64,000 bases of DNA. It comes from Eledone cirrhosa. Lineage: Eukaryota. Positions 41,140-56,100 of the stretch are shown here, one piece after another (positions within the stretch are counted from its first letter, which is position 1; each line of letters begins with the position of its first letter). The position numbers were made by a program, and so were the translations under genes. The stretch covers positions 32,798,001 through 32,862,000 of the forward strand of contig OZ024740.1 of the NCBI GenBank assembly GCA_964016885.1, read 5' to 3'. The notes under the pieces are model-generated. The model saw only the letters and a program-made list of their open reading frames with translations, had not been told where the DNA came from and made no database searches.

Positions 41140-44100
41140 AGACATTATCTAACGGGTAAGAGGTACAGTATGTAACAGGTGAGAGGGACAGTATGTAACA
41201 GGTGAGAGAGACAGTATGTAACAGGTGAGAGAGACAGTATGTAACAGGTGAGAGGGACAGTATGTAACAGGTGAGAGAGACATTATGTAACAGGTGAGAG
41301 GGATAGTATGTAACAGGTGAGAGAGACAGTATGTAACAGGTGAGAGACAGTATGTAACAGATGAGAGTCACAGTATGTAACAAGTGAGAGAGACAGTATG
41401 TAACAGGTGAGAGAGACAGTATGTAACAGGTGAGATTCAGTATGTAACATGTGAGAGAGACAGTATGTAACAGGTGAGAGAGACAGTATGTAACAGGTGA
41501 GAGGGACAGAATGTAACAGGTGAGAGAGTCAGTATGTAACAGATGAGAGAGACAGTATGTAACAGATGAGAGAGACAGTATGTAACAGATGAGAGAGACA
41601 GTATGTAACAGATGAGAGAGACAGTATGTAACAGGTGAGAGACAGTATGTAACATGTGAGAGAGACAGTATGTAACAGATGAGAGAGACAGTATGTAACA
41701 GATGAGAGAGACAGTATGTAACAGGTGAGAGACAGTATGTAACAGGTGAGAGGGACAGTATGTAACAGGTGAGAGGGACAGTATGTAACAGGTGAGAGGG
41801 ACAGTATGTAACAGGTGAGAGGGACAGTATGTAACAGGTGAGAGACAGTATGTAACAGGTGAGAGACAGTATGTAACAGGTGAGAGGGACAGTATGTAAC
41901 AGGTGAGAGGGACAGTATGTAACAGGTGAGAGAGACAGTATGTAACAGGTGAGAGAGACAGTACGTAACAGGTGAGAGAGACAATATGTAACAGGTGAGA
42001 GACAGTATGTAACAGGTGACAGACACAGTATGTAACAAGTGAGAGAGACAGTATGTAACAGGTGAGAGACAGTATGTACAGGTGAGGGAGACAGTATGTA
42101 ACAGGTGAGAGAGACAGTATGTAACAGGTGAGAGGGACAGTATGTAACAGGTGAGAGACACCGTATGTAACAGGTGACAGACACAGTATGTAACAGGTGA
42201 GAGAGACAGTATGTAACAGGTGAGAGACAGTATGTAGCAGGTGAGGACAGTATGTAACAGGTGAGAGAGACAGTATGTAACAGGTGAGAAAGACATTATG
42301 TAACAGGTGAGAGGGATAGTATGTAACAGGTGAGAGACAGTATGTAACAGATGAGAGTCACAGTATGTAACAGGTGAGAGAGTCAGTATGTAACAGGTGA
42401 GAGAGACAGTATGTAACAGGTGAGAGAGACAGTATGTAACAGGTGAGAGGGACAGTATGTAACAGGTGAGAGGGACAGTATGTAACAGGTGAGAGAGACA
42501 GTATGTAACATGTGAGAGACAGTATGTAACAGGTGAGAGAGACACTATGTAACAGGTGAGAGAGACACTATGTAACAGGTGAGAGACAGTATGTAACAGG
42601 TGAGAAGGACAGTATGTAACAGGTGAGAGAGACAGTATGTAACAGGTGAGAGACAGTATGTAACAGGTGAGAGACAGTATGTAACAGGTGAGAGACAGTA
42701 TGTAACAGGTGAGAGACAGTATGTAACAGGTGAGAGAGACAGTATGTAACATGTGAGACAGTATGTAACATGTGAGACAGTATGTAACATGTGAGACAGT
42801 ATGTAACATGTGAGAGAGACAGTATGTAACAGGTGAGAGAGACAGTATGTAACAGGTGAGAGACAGTATGTAACATGTGAGAGGGACAGTATGTAACAGG
42901 TGAGAGGGACAGTATGTAACAGGTGAGAGACAGTATGTAACAGGTGAGAGACAGTATGTAACAGGTGAGAGACAGTATGTAACAGGTGAGAGATAGTAAC
43001 AGGTGAGAGATAGTATGTAACAGGTGAGAGGGACAGTATGTAACAGGTGAGAGGGACAGTATGTAACAGGTGAGAGGGACAGTATGTAACAGGTGAGAGG
43101 GACAGTATGTAACAAGTGAGAGAGACAGTATGTAACAGGTGAGAGAGACAGTACATAACAGGTGAGAGAGACAATATGTAACAGGTGAGAGACAGTATGT
43201 AACAGGTGAGAGAGACAGTATGTAACAGGTGAGAGAGACAGTATGTAACAGGTGAGAGAGACAGTACGTAACAGGTGAGAGAGACAATATGTAACAGGTG
43301 AGAGACAGTATGTAACAGGTGAGAGGGACAGTATGTAACAGGTGAGAGAGACAGTATGTAACAGGTGAGAGGGACAGTATGTAACAGGTGAGAGACACCG
43401 TATGTAACAGGTGACAGACACAGTATGTAACAGGTGAGAGAGACAGTATGTAACAGGTGAGGACAGTATGTAACAGGTGAGAGAGACAGTATGTAACAGG
43501 TGAGACAGACATTATGTAACAGGTGAGAGGGATAGTATGTAACAGGTGAGAGAGACAGTATGTAACAGGTGAGAGACAGTATGTAACAGATGAGAGTCAC
43601 AGTATGTAACAGGTGAGAGAGTCAGTATGTAACAGGTGAGAGACAGTATGTAACAGGTGAGAGAGACAGTATGTAACAGGTGAGAGGGACAGTATGTAAC
43701 AGGTGAGAGGGACAGTATGTAACAGGTGAGAGAGACAGTATGTAACATATGAGAGACAGTATGTAACAGGTGAGAGAGACACTATGTAACAGGTGAGAGA
43801 CAGTATGTAACAGGTGAGAAGGACAGTATGTAACAGGTGAGAGAGACAGTATGTAACATGTGAGAGACAGTATGTAACAGGTGAGAGACAGTATATAACA
43901 TGTGAGACAGTATGTAACATGTGAGACAGTATGTAACATGTGAGACAGTATGTAACATGTGAGACAGTATGTAACATGTGAGAGAGACAGTAAGTAACAG
44001 GTGAGAGAGACAGTATGTAACATGTGAGAGACAGTATGTAACATGTAAGAGACAGTATGTAACATGTGAGAGAAACAATATGTAACAGGTGAGAGACAGT

Positions 44101-47100
44101 ATGTAACAGGTGAGAGGGAAAGTATGCAACAGGTGAGAGGGAAAGTATGTAACAGGTGAGAGTCAGTATGTAACATGTGGGAGACAGTATGTAACATGTG
44201 AGAGACAGTATGTAACAGATGAGAGAGACAGTATGTAACAGGTGAGAGAGACAGAATCTAACAGGTGAGAGACACAGAATCTAACAGGTGAGAGAGACAG
44301 TATGTAACAGGTGAGAGAGACGGTATGTAACAGGTGAGAGAGACAGTATGTAACAGGTGAGAGAGACAGTATGTAACAGATGAGAGAGACAGTATGTAAC
44401 AGGTGAGAGAGACAGTATGTAACATGTGAGAGAGACAATATGTAACAGGGAGAGACAGTATGTAACAGGTGAGAGACAGTATGTAACAGGTGAGAGGGAA
44501 AGTATGTAACAGGTGAGAGTCAGTATGTAACATGTGAAAGACAGTATGTAACATGTGAGAGACAGTATGTAACATGTGAGAGAGACAGTATGTAACAGAT
44601 GAGAGAGACAGTATGTAAGAGGTGAGAGAGACAGTATGTAACAGGTGAGAGAGACAGTATGTAACAGGTGAAAGAGACAGTATGTAAGAGGTGAAAGAGA
44701 CAGTATGTAACAGATGAGAGAGACAGTATGTAACAGGTGAGAGAGACAGAATGTAACAGGTGAGAGAGACAGTATGTAACAGGTGTGAGACAGTATGTAA
44801 CAGGTGAGAGAGACAGTATGTGACATGTGAGAGAGACAATATGTAACAGGTGAGAGACAATATGTAACAGGTGAGAGACAGTATGTAACATGTGAGAGAC
44901 AGTATGTAACATGTGAGACAGACAGTATGTAAGATGTGAGAGGGACAGTATGTAACAGGTGAGAGAGACAGTATGTAACATGTGAGAGACAGTATGTAAC
45001 ATGTGAGAGAGACAGTATGTAAGAGGTGAGAGAGACAGTATGTAACGTGTGAGAGGGACAGTATGTAACAGGTGAGAGGGACAGTATGTCAGAGGTGATA
45101 GAGACAGTATCTAACAAGTGAGAGAGACAGTATGTAACAAGTGAGAGACGCAGTGTGTAACAGGTGAGAGAGACAGTATGTAACAGGTGAGAGAGACAGT
45201 ATGTAACAGGTGAGAGACAGTATGTAACAGGTGAGAGACAGTATGTAACAGGTGAGAGAGACAGTATGTAACAGGTGAGAGAGACAGAATCTAACAGGTG
45301 AGATAGACAGAATCTAACAGGTGAGAGAGACAGAATCTAACAGGTGAGAGAGACAGAATCTAACAGGTGAGAGAGATAGAATCTAACAGGTGAGAGAGAC
45401 AGAAGCTAACAGGTGAGAGGGATAGTATGTAACAGGTGAGAGAGACAGTATGTAGCAGGTGAGTGGGACAGAATCTAACAGGTGAGAGCGACAGAGTCTA
45501 ACAGGTGAGAGAGACAGTATGTAATAAGTGAGAGACAAAGTATGTAACAGGTGAGAGACACAGTATGTAACAGGTGAGAGGGACAGTATGTAACAGGTGA
45601 GGAGGACAGTATGTAACAGGTGAGAGACAGTATGTAACAGGTGAGAGACAGTATGTAACAGGTGAGAAGGATAGTATGTAACAAGTGAGAGACACAGTAT
45701 GTGACAGGTGAGAGAGACAGTATGTAACAGGTGAGAGACAGTATGTAACAGGTGAGAGACAGTATGTAACAGGAGAGAGACAGTATGTAACAGGTGAGAG
45801 AGACAGTATGTAACATGTGAGAGAGACAATATGTAACAGGTGAGAGACAGTATGTAACAGGTGAGAGACAGTATGTAACAGGTGAGAGGGAAAGTATGTA
45901 ACAGGTGAGAGTCAGTATGTAACATGTTAGAGACAGTATGTAACATGTGAGAGACAGTATGTAACATGTGAGAGAGACAGTATGTAACAGATGAGAGACA
46001 GTAGGTAACATGTGAGAGAGACAGTATGTAACAGGTGAGAGAGACAGAATCTAACAGGTGAGAGAGACAGAATCTAACAGGTGAGAGAGACAGAATCTAA
46101 CAGGTGAGAGGGACAGTATGTAACAGGTGAGAGAGACAGTATGTAACAGGTGAGATAGACAGTATGTAACAGATGAGAGAGACACTATGTAACAGGGAGA
46201 GAGACAGTATGTAACAGGTGAGAGGGACAGTATGTAACAGGTGAGAGGGACAGTATGTAACAGGTGAGAGACACCGTATGTAACAGGTGACAGACACAGT
46301 ATATAACAGGTGAGAGAGACAGTATGTAACAGGTGAGAGGGACAGTATGTAACAGGTGAGAGACACAGTATGTAACAGGTGAGGACAGTATGTAACAGGT
46401 GAGAGAGACAGTAGGTAACAGGTGAGAGGGACAGTATGTAACAGGTGAGAGAGACAGTATGTAACAGGTGAGAGAGACAGTATGTAACAGGTGAGAGAGA
46501 CAGTATGTAACAGGTGAGAGGGACAGTATGTAACAGGTGAGAGAGACAGTATGTAACAGGTGAGAAGGACAGTATGTAACAGGTGAGAGAGACAGTATGT
46601 AACAGGTGAGAGAGACAGTATGTAACAGGTGAGAGAGACAGTATGTAACATGTGAGAGACAGTATGTAACATGTGAGAGAGACAGTATGTAACAGGTGAG
46701 AGAGACAGTATGTAACAGGTGAGAGAGACAGTATGTAACAGGTGTGAGACAGTATGTAACAGGTGAGAGAGACAGTATGTGACATGTGAGAGAGACAATA
46801 TGTAACAGGTGAGAGAGACAATATGTAACAGGTGAGAGACAGTATGTAACAGGTGAGAGGGAAAGTATGTAACAGGTGAGAGTCAGTATGTAACATGTGA
46901 GAGACAGTATGTAACATGTGAGAGAGACAGTATGTAACAGGTGAGAGAGACAGTATGTAAGATGTGAGAGGGACAGTATGTAACAGGTGAGAGAGACAGT
47001 ATGTAACGTGTGAGAGAGACAGTATGTAACATGTGAGAGAGACAGTATGTAACAGGTGAGAGAGATAGTATGTAACATGTGAGACGGACAGTATGTAACA

Positions 47101-50100
47101 GGTGAGAGGGTCAGTATGTAACAGGTGATAGAGACAGTATGTAACAAGTGAGAGAGACAGTATGTAACAAGTGAGAGACGCAGTATGTAACAGGTGATAG
47201 AGACAGTATGTAACAGGTGAGAGAGACAGTATGTAACAGGTGAGAGAGACAGAATCTAACAGGTGAGAGACTTAGTATGTAACAGGTGAGAGACTTAGTA
47301 TGTAACAGGTGAGAGACTTAGTATGTAACAGGTGAGAGACTTAGTATGTAACAGGTGAGAGAGACAGAATCTAACAGGTGAGAGAGACAGAATCTAACAG
47401 GTGAGATAGACAGAATCTAACAGGTGAGATAGACAGAATCAAACAGGTGAGATAGACAGAATCTAACAGGTGAGAGAGACAGAATCTAACAGGTGAGAGA
47501 GATCGAATCTAACAGGTGAGAGAGATAGAATCTAACAGGTGAGAGAGACAGTATGTAACAGGTGAGAGAGACAGTATGTAATAAGTGAGAGAGACAGTAT
47601 GTAACAGATGAGAGAGACAGTATGTAACAGGTGATAGTGACAGTAGGTAACAAGTGAGAGAGACAGTATGTAACAAGTGAGAGAGACAGTATGTAACAAG
47701 TGAGAGGGACAGTATGTAACAGGTGAGAGAGACAGTATGTAACAGGTGAGAGAGACAGTATGTAACAGGTGAGAGAGACAGTATGTAACAGATGAGAGAG
47801 ACAGTATGTAACAGATGAGAGAGACAGTATGTAACAGATGAGAGAGACAGTATGTAATAGGTGATAGAGACAGTATGTAACAAGTGAGAGAGACAGTATG
47901 TAACATGTGAGAGGGTCAGTATGTAACAGGTGAGAGAGACAGTACGTAACATGTGAGAGAGACAGTATGTAACATGTGAAAGAGACAGTATGTAAGAGGT
48001 GAGAGAGACAGTATGTAAGAGGTGAGAGAGACAGTATGTAACAGATGAGAGAGACAGTATGTAACATGTGAGAGAGACAGTATGTAACAGGTGAGAGGGA
48101 TAGTATGTAACATGTGACAGACAGTATGTAACAGGTGAGAGAGACAGTATGTAACATGTGAGAGAGACAGTATGTAACATGTGAGTCAGTATGTAACATG
48201 TGAGACAGTATGTAACAGGTGAGAGAGACAGTATGTAACATGTGAGAGAGACAGTATGTAAGAGGTGAGAGAGACAGTATGTAACAGATGAGAGAGACAG
48301 TATGTAACATGTGAGAGAGACAGTATGTAACAGCTGAGAGGGACAGTATGTAACATGTGACAGACAGTATGTAACATGTGAGAGACAGTATGTAACATGT
48401 GAGAGACAGTATGTAACAGGTGAGAGAGACAGTATGTAACATGTGAGAGAGACAGTATGTAACATGTGAGAGTCAGTATGTAACATGTGAGAGTCAGTAT
48501 GTAACATGTGAGACAGTATGTAACAGATGAGAGAGACAGTATGTAACATGTAAGAGAGACAGTATGTAACAGGTGAGAGAGACAGTATGTAACAGGCGAG
48601 AGAGACAGTATGTAACAGGTGAGAGAGACAGTATGTAACAGGTGAGAGGGACAGTATGTAACAGGTGAGAGAGACAGTATGTAACAGGTGAGAGAGTCAG
48701 TATGTAACAGGTGAGAGAGACAGTATGTAACAGGTGAGAGAGACAGAATCTAACAGGTGAGAGACAGAATCTAACAGGTGAGAGGGACAGTATGTAACAG
48801 GAGAGAGACAGTATGTAACAGATGAGAGAGACACTATGTAACAGGTGAGAGGGACAGTATGTAACAGGTGAGAGACACAGTATGTAACAGCTGAGAGGGA
48901 CAGTATGTAACAGGTGAGAGGGACAGTATGTAACAGATGAGAGAGACAGAATCTAACAGGTGAGAGACTTAGTATGTAACAGGTGAGAGAGACAGTATAT
49001 AACATGTGAGAGACAGTATGTAACATGTGAGAGAGACAGTATGTAACAGGTGAGAGGGACAGTATGTAACAGGTGAGAGAGACATTATGTAACAGGTGAG
49101 AGGGATAGTATGTAACAGGTGAGAGAGACAGTATGTAACAGGTGAGAGAGACGGTATGTAACAGGTGAGATTCAGTATGTAACATGTGAGAGAGACAGTA
49201 TGTAACAGGTGAGAGAGACAGTATGTAACAGGTGAGAGGGACAGAATGTAACAGGTGAGAGAGTCAGTATGTAACAGATGAGAGAGACAGTATGTAACAG
49301 ATGAGAGAGACAGTATGTAACAGATGAGAGAGACAGTATGTAACAGGTGAGAGAGACAGTATGTAACAGGTGAGAGACAGTATGTAACATGTGAGAGGGA
49401 CAGTATGTAACAGGTGAGAGGGACAGTATGTAACAGGTGAGAGGGACAGTATGTAACAGGTGAGAGGGACAGTATGTAACAGGTGAGAGGGACAGTATGT
49501 AACAGGTGAGAGACAGTATGTAACAGGTGAGAGACAGTATGTAACAGGTGAGACAGTATGTAACATGTGAGAGAGACAGTAAGTAACAGGTGAGAGAGAC
49601 AGTATGTAACATGTGAGAGACAGTATGTAACATGTAAGAGACAGTATGTAACATGTGAGAGAAACAATATGTAACAGGTGAGAGACAGTATGTAACAGGT
49701 GAGAGGGAAAGTATGCAACAGGTGAGAGGGAAAGTATGTAACAGGTGAGAGTCAGTATGTAACATGTGGGAGACAGTATGTAACATGTGAGAGACAGTAT
49801 GTAACAGATGAGAGAGACAGTATGTAACAGGTGAGAGAGACAGAATCTAACAGGTGAGAGACACAGAATCTAACAGGTGAGAGAAACAGTATGTAACAGG
49901 TGAGAGAGACGGTATGTAACAGGTGAGAGACAGTATGTAACAGGTGAGAGAGACAGTATGTAACAGATGAGAGAGACAGTATGTAACAGGTGAGAGAGAC
50001 AGTATGTAACATGTGAGAGAGACAATATGTAACAGGGAGAGACAGTATGTAACAGGTGAGAGACAGTATGTAACAGGTGAGAGGGAAAGTATGTAACAGG

Positions 50101-53100
50101 TGAGAGTCAGTATGTAACATGTGAAAGACAGTATGTAACATGTGAGAGACAGTATGTAACATGTGAGAGAGACAGTATGTAACAGATGAGAGAGACAGTA
50201 TGTAACATGTGAGAGAGACAGTATGTAACAGGTGAGAGAGACAGTATGTAACAGGTGAAAGAGACAGTATGTAAGAGGTGAAAGAGACAGTATGTAACAG
50301 ATGAGAGAGACAGTATGTAACAGGTGAGAGAGACAGAATGTAACAGGTGAGAGAGACAGTATGTAACAGGTGTGAGACAGTATGTAACAGGTGAGAGAGA
50401 CAGTATGTGACATGTGAGAGAGACAATATGTAACAGGTGAGAGACAATATGTAACAGGTGAGAGACAGTATGTAACAGGTGAGAGGGAAAGTATTTAACA
50501 GGTGAGAGTCAGTATGTAACATGTGAGAGACAGTATGTAACATGTGAGACAGACAGTATGTAACAGGTGAGAGACAGTATGTAACATGTGAGAGAGACAG
50601 TATGTAAGATGTGAGAGGGACAGTATGTAACAGGTGAGAGAGACAGTATGTAACATGTGAGAGACAGTATGTAACATGTGAGAGAGACAATATGTAAGAG
50701 GTGAGAGAGACAGTATGTAACGTGTGAGAGGGACAGTATGTAACAGGTGAGAGGGACAGTATGTCAGAGGTGATAGAAACAGTATCTAACAAGTGAGAGA
50801 GACAGTATGTAACAAGTGAGAGACGCAGTGTGTAACAGGTGAGAGAGACAGTATGTAACAGGTGAGAGAGACAGTATGTAACAGGTGAGAGACAGTATGT
50901 AACAGGTGAGAGACAGTATGTAACAGGTGAGGGAGACAGTATGTAACAGGTGAGAGAGACAGAATCTAACAGGTGAGATAGACAGAATCTAACAGGTGAG
51001 AGAGACAGAATCTAACAGGTGAGAGAGACAGAATCTAACAGGTGAGAGAGATAGAATCTAACAGGTGAGAGAGACAGAAGCTAACAGGTGAGAGGGATAG
51101 TATGTAACAGGTGAGAGAGACAGTATGTAGCAGGTGAGTGGGACAGAATCTAACAGGTGAGAGAGACAGAGTCTAACAGGTGAGAGAGACAGTATGTAAT
51201 AAGTGAGAGACAAAGTATGTAACAGGTGAGAGACACAGTATGTAACAAGTGAGAGGGACAGTATGTAACAGGTGAGGAGGACAGTATGTAACAGGTGAGA
51301 GACAGTATGTAACAGGTGAGAGACAGTATGTAACAGGTGAGAAGGATAGTATGTAACAAGTGAGAGACACAGTATGTGACAGGTGAGAGAGACAGTATGT
51401 AACAGGTGAGAGACAGTATGTAACAGGTGAGAGACAGTATGTAACAGGAGAGAGACAGTATGTAACAGGTGAGAGAGACAGTATGTAACATGTGAGAGAG
51501 ACAATATGTAACAGGTGAGAGACAGTATGTAACAGGTGAGAGGGAAAGTATGTAACAGGTGAGAGTCAGTATGTAACATGTTAGAGACAGTATGTAACAT
51601 GTGAGAGACAGTATGTAACATGTGAGAGAGACAGTATGTAACAGATGAGAGACAGTAGGTAACATGTGAGAGAGACAGTATGTAACAGGTGAGAGAGACA
51701 GAATCTAACAGGTGAGAGAGACAGAATCTAACAGGTGAGAGAGACAGAATCTAACAGGTGAGAGGGACAGTATGTAACAGGTGAGAGAGACAGTATGTAA
51801 CAGGTGAGATAGACAGTATGTAACAGATGAGAGAGACACTATGTAACAGGGAGAGAGACAGTATGTAACAGGTGAGAGGGACAGTATGTAACAGGTGAGA
51901 GGGACAGTATGTAACAGGTGAGAGAGACAGTATGTAACAGGTGAGAGGGACAGTATGTAACAGGTGAGAGACACAGTATGTAACAGGTGAGGACAGTATG
52001 TAACAGGTGAGAGAGACAGTAGGTAACAGGTGAGAGGGACAGTATGTAACAGGTGAGAGAGACAGTATGTAACAGGTGAGAGAGACAGTGTGTAACAGGT
52101 GAGAGAGACAGTATGTAACAGGTGAGAGGGACAGTATGTAACAGGTGAGAGAGACAGTATGTAACAGGTGAGAAGGACAGTATGTAACAGGTGAGAGAGA
52201 CAGTATGTAACAGGTGAGAGAGACAGTATGTAACAGGTGAGAGAGACAGTATGTAACATGTGAGACAGTATGTAACATGTGAGAGAGACAGTATGTAACA
52301 GGTGAGAGAGACAGTATGTAACAGGTGTGAGACAGTATGTAACAGGTGAGAGAGACAGTATGTGACATGTGAGAGAGACAATATGTAACAGGTGAGAGAG
52401 ACAATATGTAACAGGTGAGAGACAGTATGTAACAGGTGAGAGGGAAAGTATGTAACAGGTGAGAGTCAGTATGTAACATGTGAGAGACAGTATGTAACAT
52501 GTGAGAGAGACAGTATGTAACAGGTGAGAGAGACAGTATGTAAGATGTGAGAGGGACAGTATGTAACAGGTGAGAGAGACAGTATGTAACGTGTGAGAGA
52601 GACAGTATGTAACATGTGAGAGAGACAGTATGTAACAGGTGAGAGAGATAGTATGTAACATGTGAGACGGACAGTATGTAACAGGTGAGAGGGTCAGTAT
52701 GTAACAGGTGATAGAGACAGTATGTAACAAGTGAGAGAGACAGTATGTAACAAGTGAGAGACGCAGTATGTAACAGGTGAGAGAGACAGTATGTAACAGG
52801 TGAGAGAGACAGTATGTAACAGGTGAGAGAGACAGAATCTAACAGGTGAGAGACTTAGTATGTAACAGGTGAGAGACTTAGTATGTAACAGGTGAGAGAC
52901 TTAGTATGTAACAGGTGAGAGAGACAGTATGTAACAGGTGAGAGAGACAGTATGTAATAAGTGAGAGAGACAGTATGTAACAGATGAGAGAGACAGTATG
53001 TAACAGGTGATAGTGACAGTAGGTAACAAGTGAGAGAGACAGTATGTAACAAGTGAGAGAGACAGTATGTAACAAGTGAGAGGGACAGTATGTAACAGGT

Positions 53101-56100
53101 GAGAGAGACAGTATGTAACAGGTGAGAGAGACAGTATGTAACAGGTGAGAGAGACAGTATGTAACAGATGAGAGAGACAGTATGTAACAGATGAGAGAGA
53201 CAGTATGTAACAGATGAGAGAGACAGTATGTAATAGGTGATAGAGACAGTATGTAACAAGTGAGAGAGACAGTATGTAACATGTGAGAGGGACAGTATGT
53301 AACAGGTGAGAGAGACAGTATGTAACATGTGAGAGAGACAGTATGTAACATGTGAAAGAGACAGTATGTAACAGGTGAGAGGGACAGTATGTAACAGGTG
53401 AGAGGGACAGTATGTAACAGGTGAGAGAGACAGTATGTAACATATGAGAGACAGTATGTAACAGGTGAGAGAGACACTATGTAACAGGTGAGAGACAGTA
53501 TGTAACAGGTGAGAAGGACAGTATGTAACAGGTGAGAGAGACAGTATGTAACAGGTGAGAGAGACAGTATGTAACAGGTGAGAGACAGTATGTAACATGT
53601 GAGACAGTATGTAACATGTGAGACAGTATGTAACATGTGAGACAGTATGTAACATGTGAGACAGTATGTAACATGTGAGAGAGACAGTAAGTAACAGGTG
53701 AGAGAGACAGTATGTAACATGTGAGAGACAGTATGTAACATGTAAGAGACAGTATGTAACATGTGAGAGAAACAATATGTAACAGGTGAGAGACAGTATG
53801 TAACAGGTGAGAGGGAAAGTATGCAACAGGTGAGAGGGAAAGTATGTAACAGGTGAGAGTCAGTATGTAACATGTGGGAGACAGTATGTAACATGTGAGA
53901 GACAGTATGTAACAGATGAGAGAGACAGTATGTAACAGGTGAGAGACACAGAATCTAACAGGTGAGAGAGACAGTATGTAACAGGTGAGAGAGACGGTAT
54001 GTAACAGGTGAGAGAGACAGTATGTAACAGGTGAGAGAGACAGTATGTAACAGATGAGAGAGACAGTATGTAACAGGTGAGAGAGACAGTATGTAACATG
54101 TGAGAGAGACAATATGTAACAGGGAGAGACAGTATGTAACAGGTGAGAGACAGTATGTAACAGGTGAGAGTCAGTATGTAACATGTGAAAGACAGTATGT
54201 AACATGTGAGAGACAGTATGTAACATGTGAGAGAGACAGTATGTAACAGATGAGAGAGACAGTATGTAACATGTGAGAGAGACAGTATGTAACAGGTGAG
54301 AGAGACAGTATGTAACAGGTGAAAGAGACAGTATGTAAGAGGTGAAAGAGACAGTATGTAACAGATGAGAGAGACAGTATGTAACATGTGAGAGAGACAG
54401 TATGTAACATGTGAAAGAGACAGTATGTAAGAGGTGAGAGAGACAGTATGTAAGTGGTGAGAGAGACAGTATGTAACAGATGAGAGAGACAGTATGTAAC
54501 ATGTGAGAGAGACAGTATGTAACAGGTGAGAGGGACAGTATGTAACATGTGACAGACAGTATGTAACATGTGAGACAGTATGTAACAGGTGAGAGAGACA
54601 GTATGTAACATGTGAGAGAGACAGTATGTAACATGTGAGTCAGTATGTAACATGTGAGACAGTATGTAACAGGTGAGAGAGACAGTATGTAACATGTGAG
54701 AGAGACAGTATGTAAGAGGTGAGAGAGACAGTATGTAACAGATGAGAGAGACAGTATGTAACATGTGAGAGAGACAGTATGTAACAGCTGAGAGGGACAG
54801 TATGTAACATGTGACAGACAGTATGTAACATGTGAGAGACAGTATGTAACATGTGAGAGACAGTATGTAACAGGTGAGAGAGACAGTATGTAACATGTGA
54901 GAGAGACAGTATGTAACATGTGAGAGTCAGTATGTAACATGTGAGAGTCAGTATGTAACATGTGAGACAGTATGTAACAGATGAGAGAGACAGTATGTAA
55001 CATGTAAGAGAGACAGTATGTAACAGGTGAGAGAGACAGTATGTAACAGGTGAGAGAGACAGTATGTAACAGGTGAGAGAGACAGTATGTAACAGGTGAG
55101 AGGGACAGTATGTAACAGGTGAGAGAGACAGTATGTAACAGGTGAGAGAGTCAGTATGTAACAGGTGAGAGAGACAGTATGTAACAGGTGAGAGAGACAG
55201 AATCTAACAGGTGAGAGACAGAATCTAACAGGTGAGAGGGACAGTATGTAACAGGAGAGAGACAGTATGTAACAGATGAGAGAGACACTATGTAACAGGT
55301 GAGAGGGACAGTATGTAACAGGTGAGAGACACAGTATGTAACAGGTGAGAGGGACAGTATGTAACAGGTGAGAGGGACAGTATGTAACAGATGAGAGAGA
55401 CAGAATCTAACAGGTGAGAGACTTAGTATGTAACAGGTGAGAGAGACAGTATATAACATGTGAGAGACAGTATGTAACATGTGAGAGAGACAGTATGTAA
55501 CAGGTGAGAGGGACAGTATGTAACAGGTGAGAGAGACATTATGTAACAGGTGAGAGGGATAGTATGTAACAGGTGAGAGAGACAGTATGTAACAGGTGAG
55601 AGACAGTATGTAACAGATGAGAGTCACAGTATGTAACAAGTGAGAGAGACAGTATGTAACAGGTGAGAGAGACAGTATGTAACAGGTGAGATTCAGTATG
55701 TAACATGTGAGAGAGACAGTATGTAACAGGTGAGAGAGACAGTATGTAACAGGTGAGAGGGACAGAATGTAACAGGTGAGAGAGTCAGTATGTAACAGAT
55801 GAGAGAGACAGTATGTAACAGATGAGAGAGACAGTATGTAACAGATGAGAGAGACAGTATGTAACAGGTGAGAGAGACAGTATGTAACAGGTGAGAGACA
55901 GTATGTAACATGTGAGAGGGACAGTATGTAACAGGTGAGAGAGATAGAATCTAACAGGTGAGAGAGACAGAAGCTAACAGGTGAGAGGGATAGTATGTAA
56001 CAGGTGAGAGAGACAGTATGTAGCAGGTGAGTGGGACAGAATCTAACAGGTGAGAGAGACAGAGTCTAACAGGTGAGAGAGACAGTATGTAATAAGTGAG

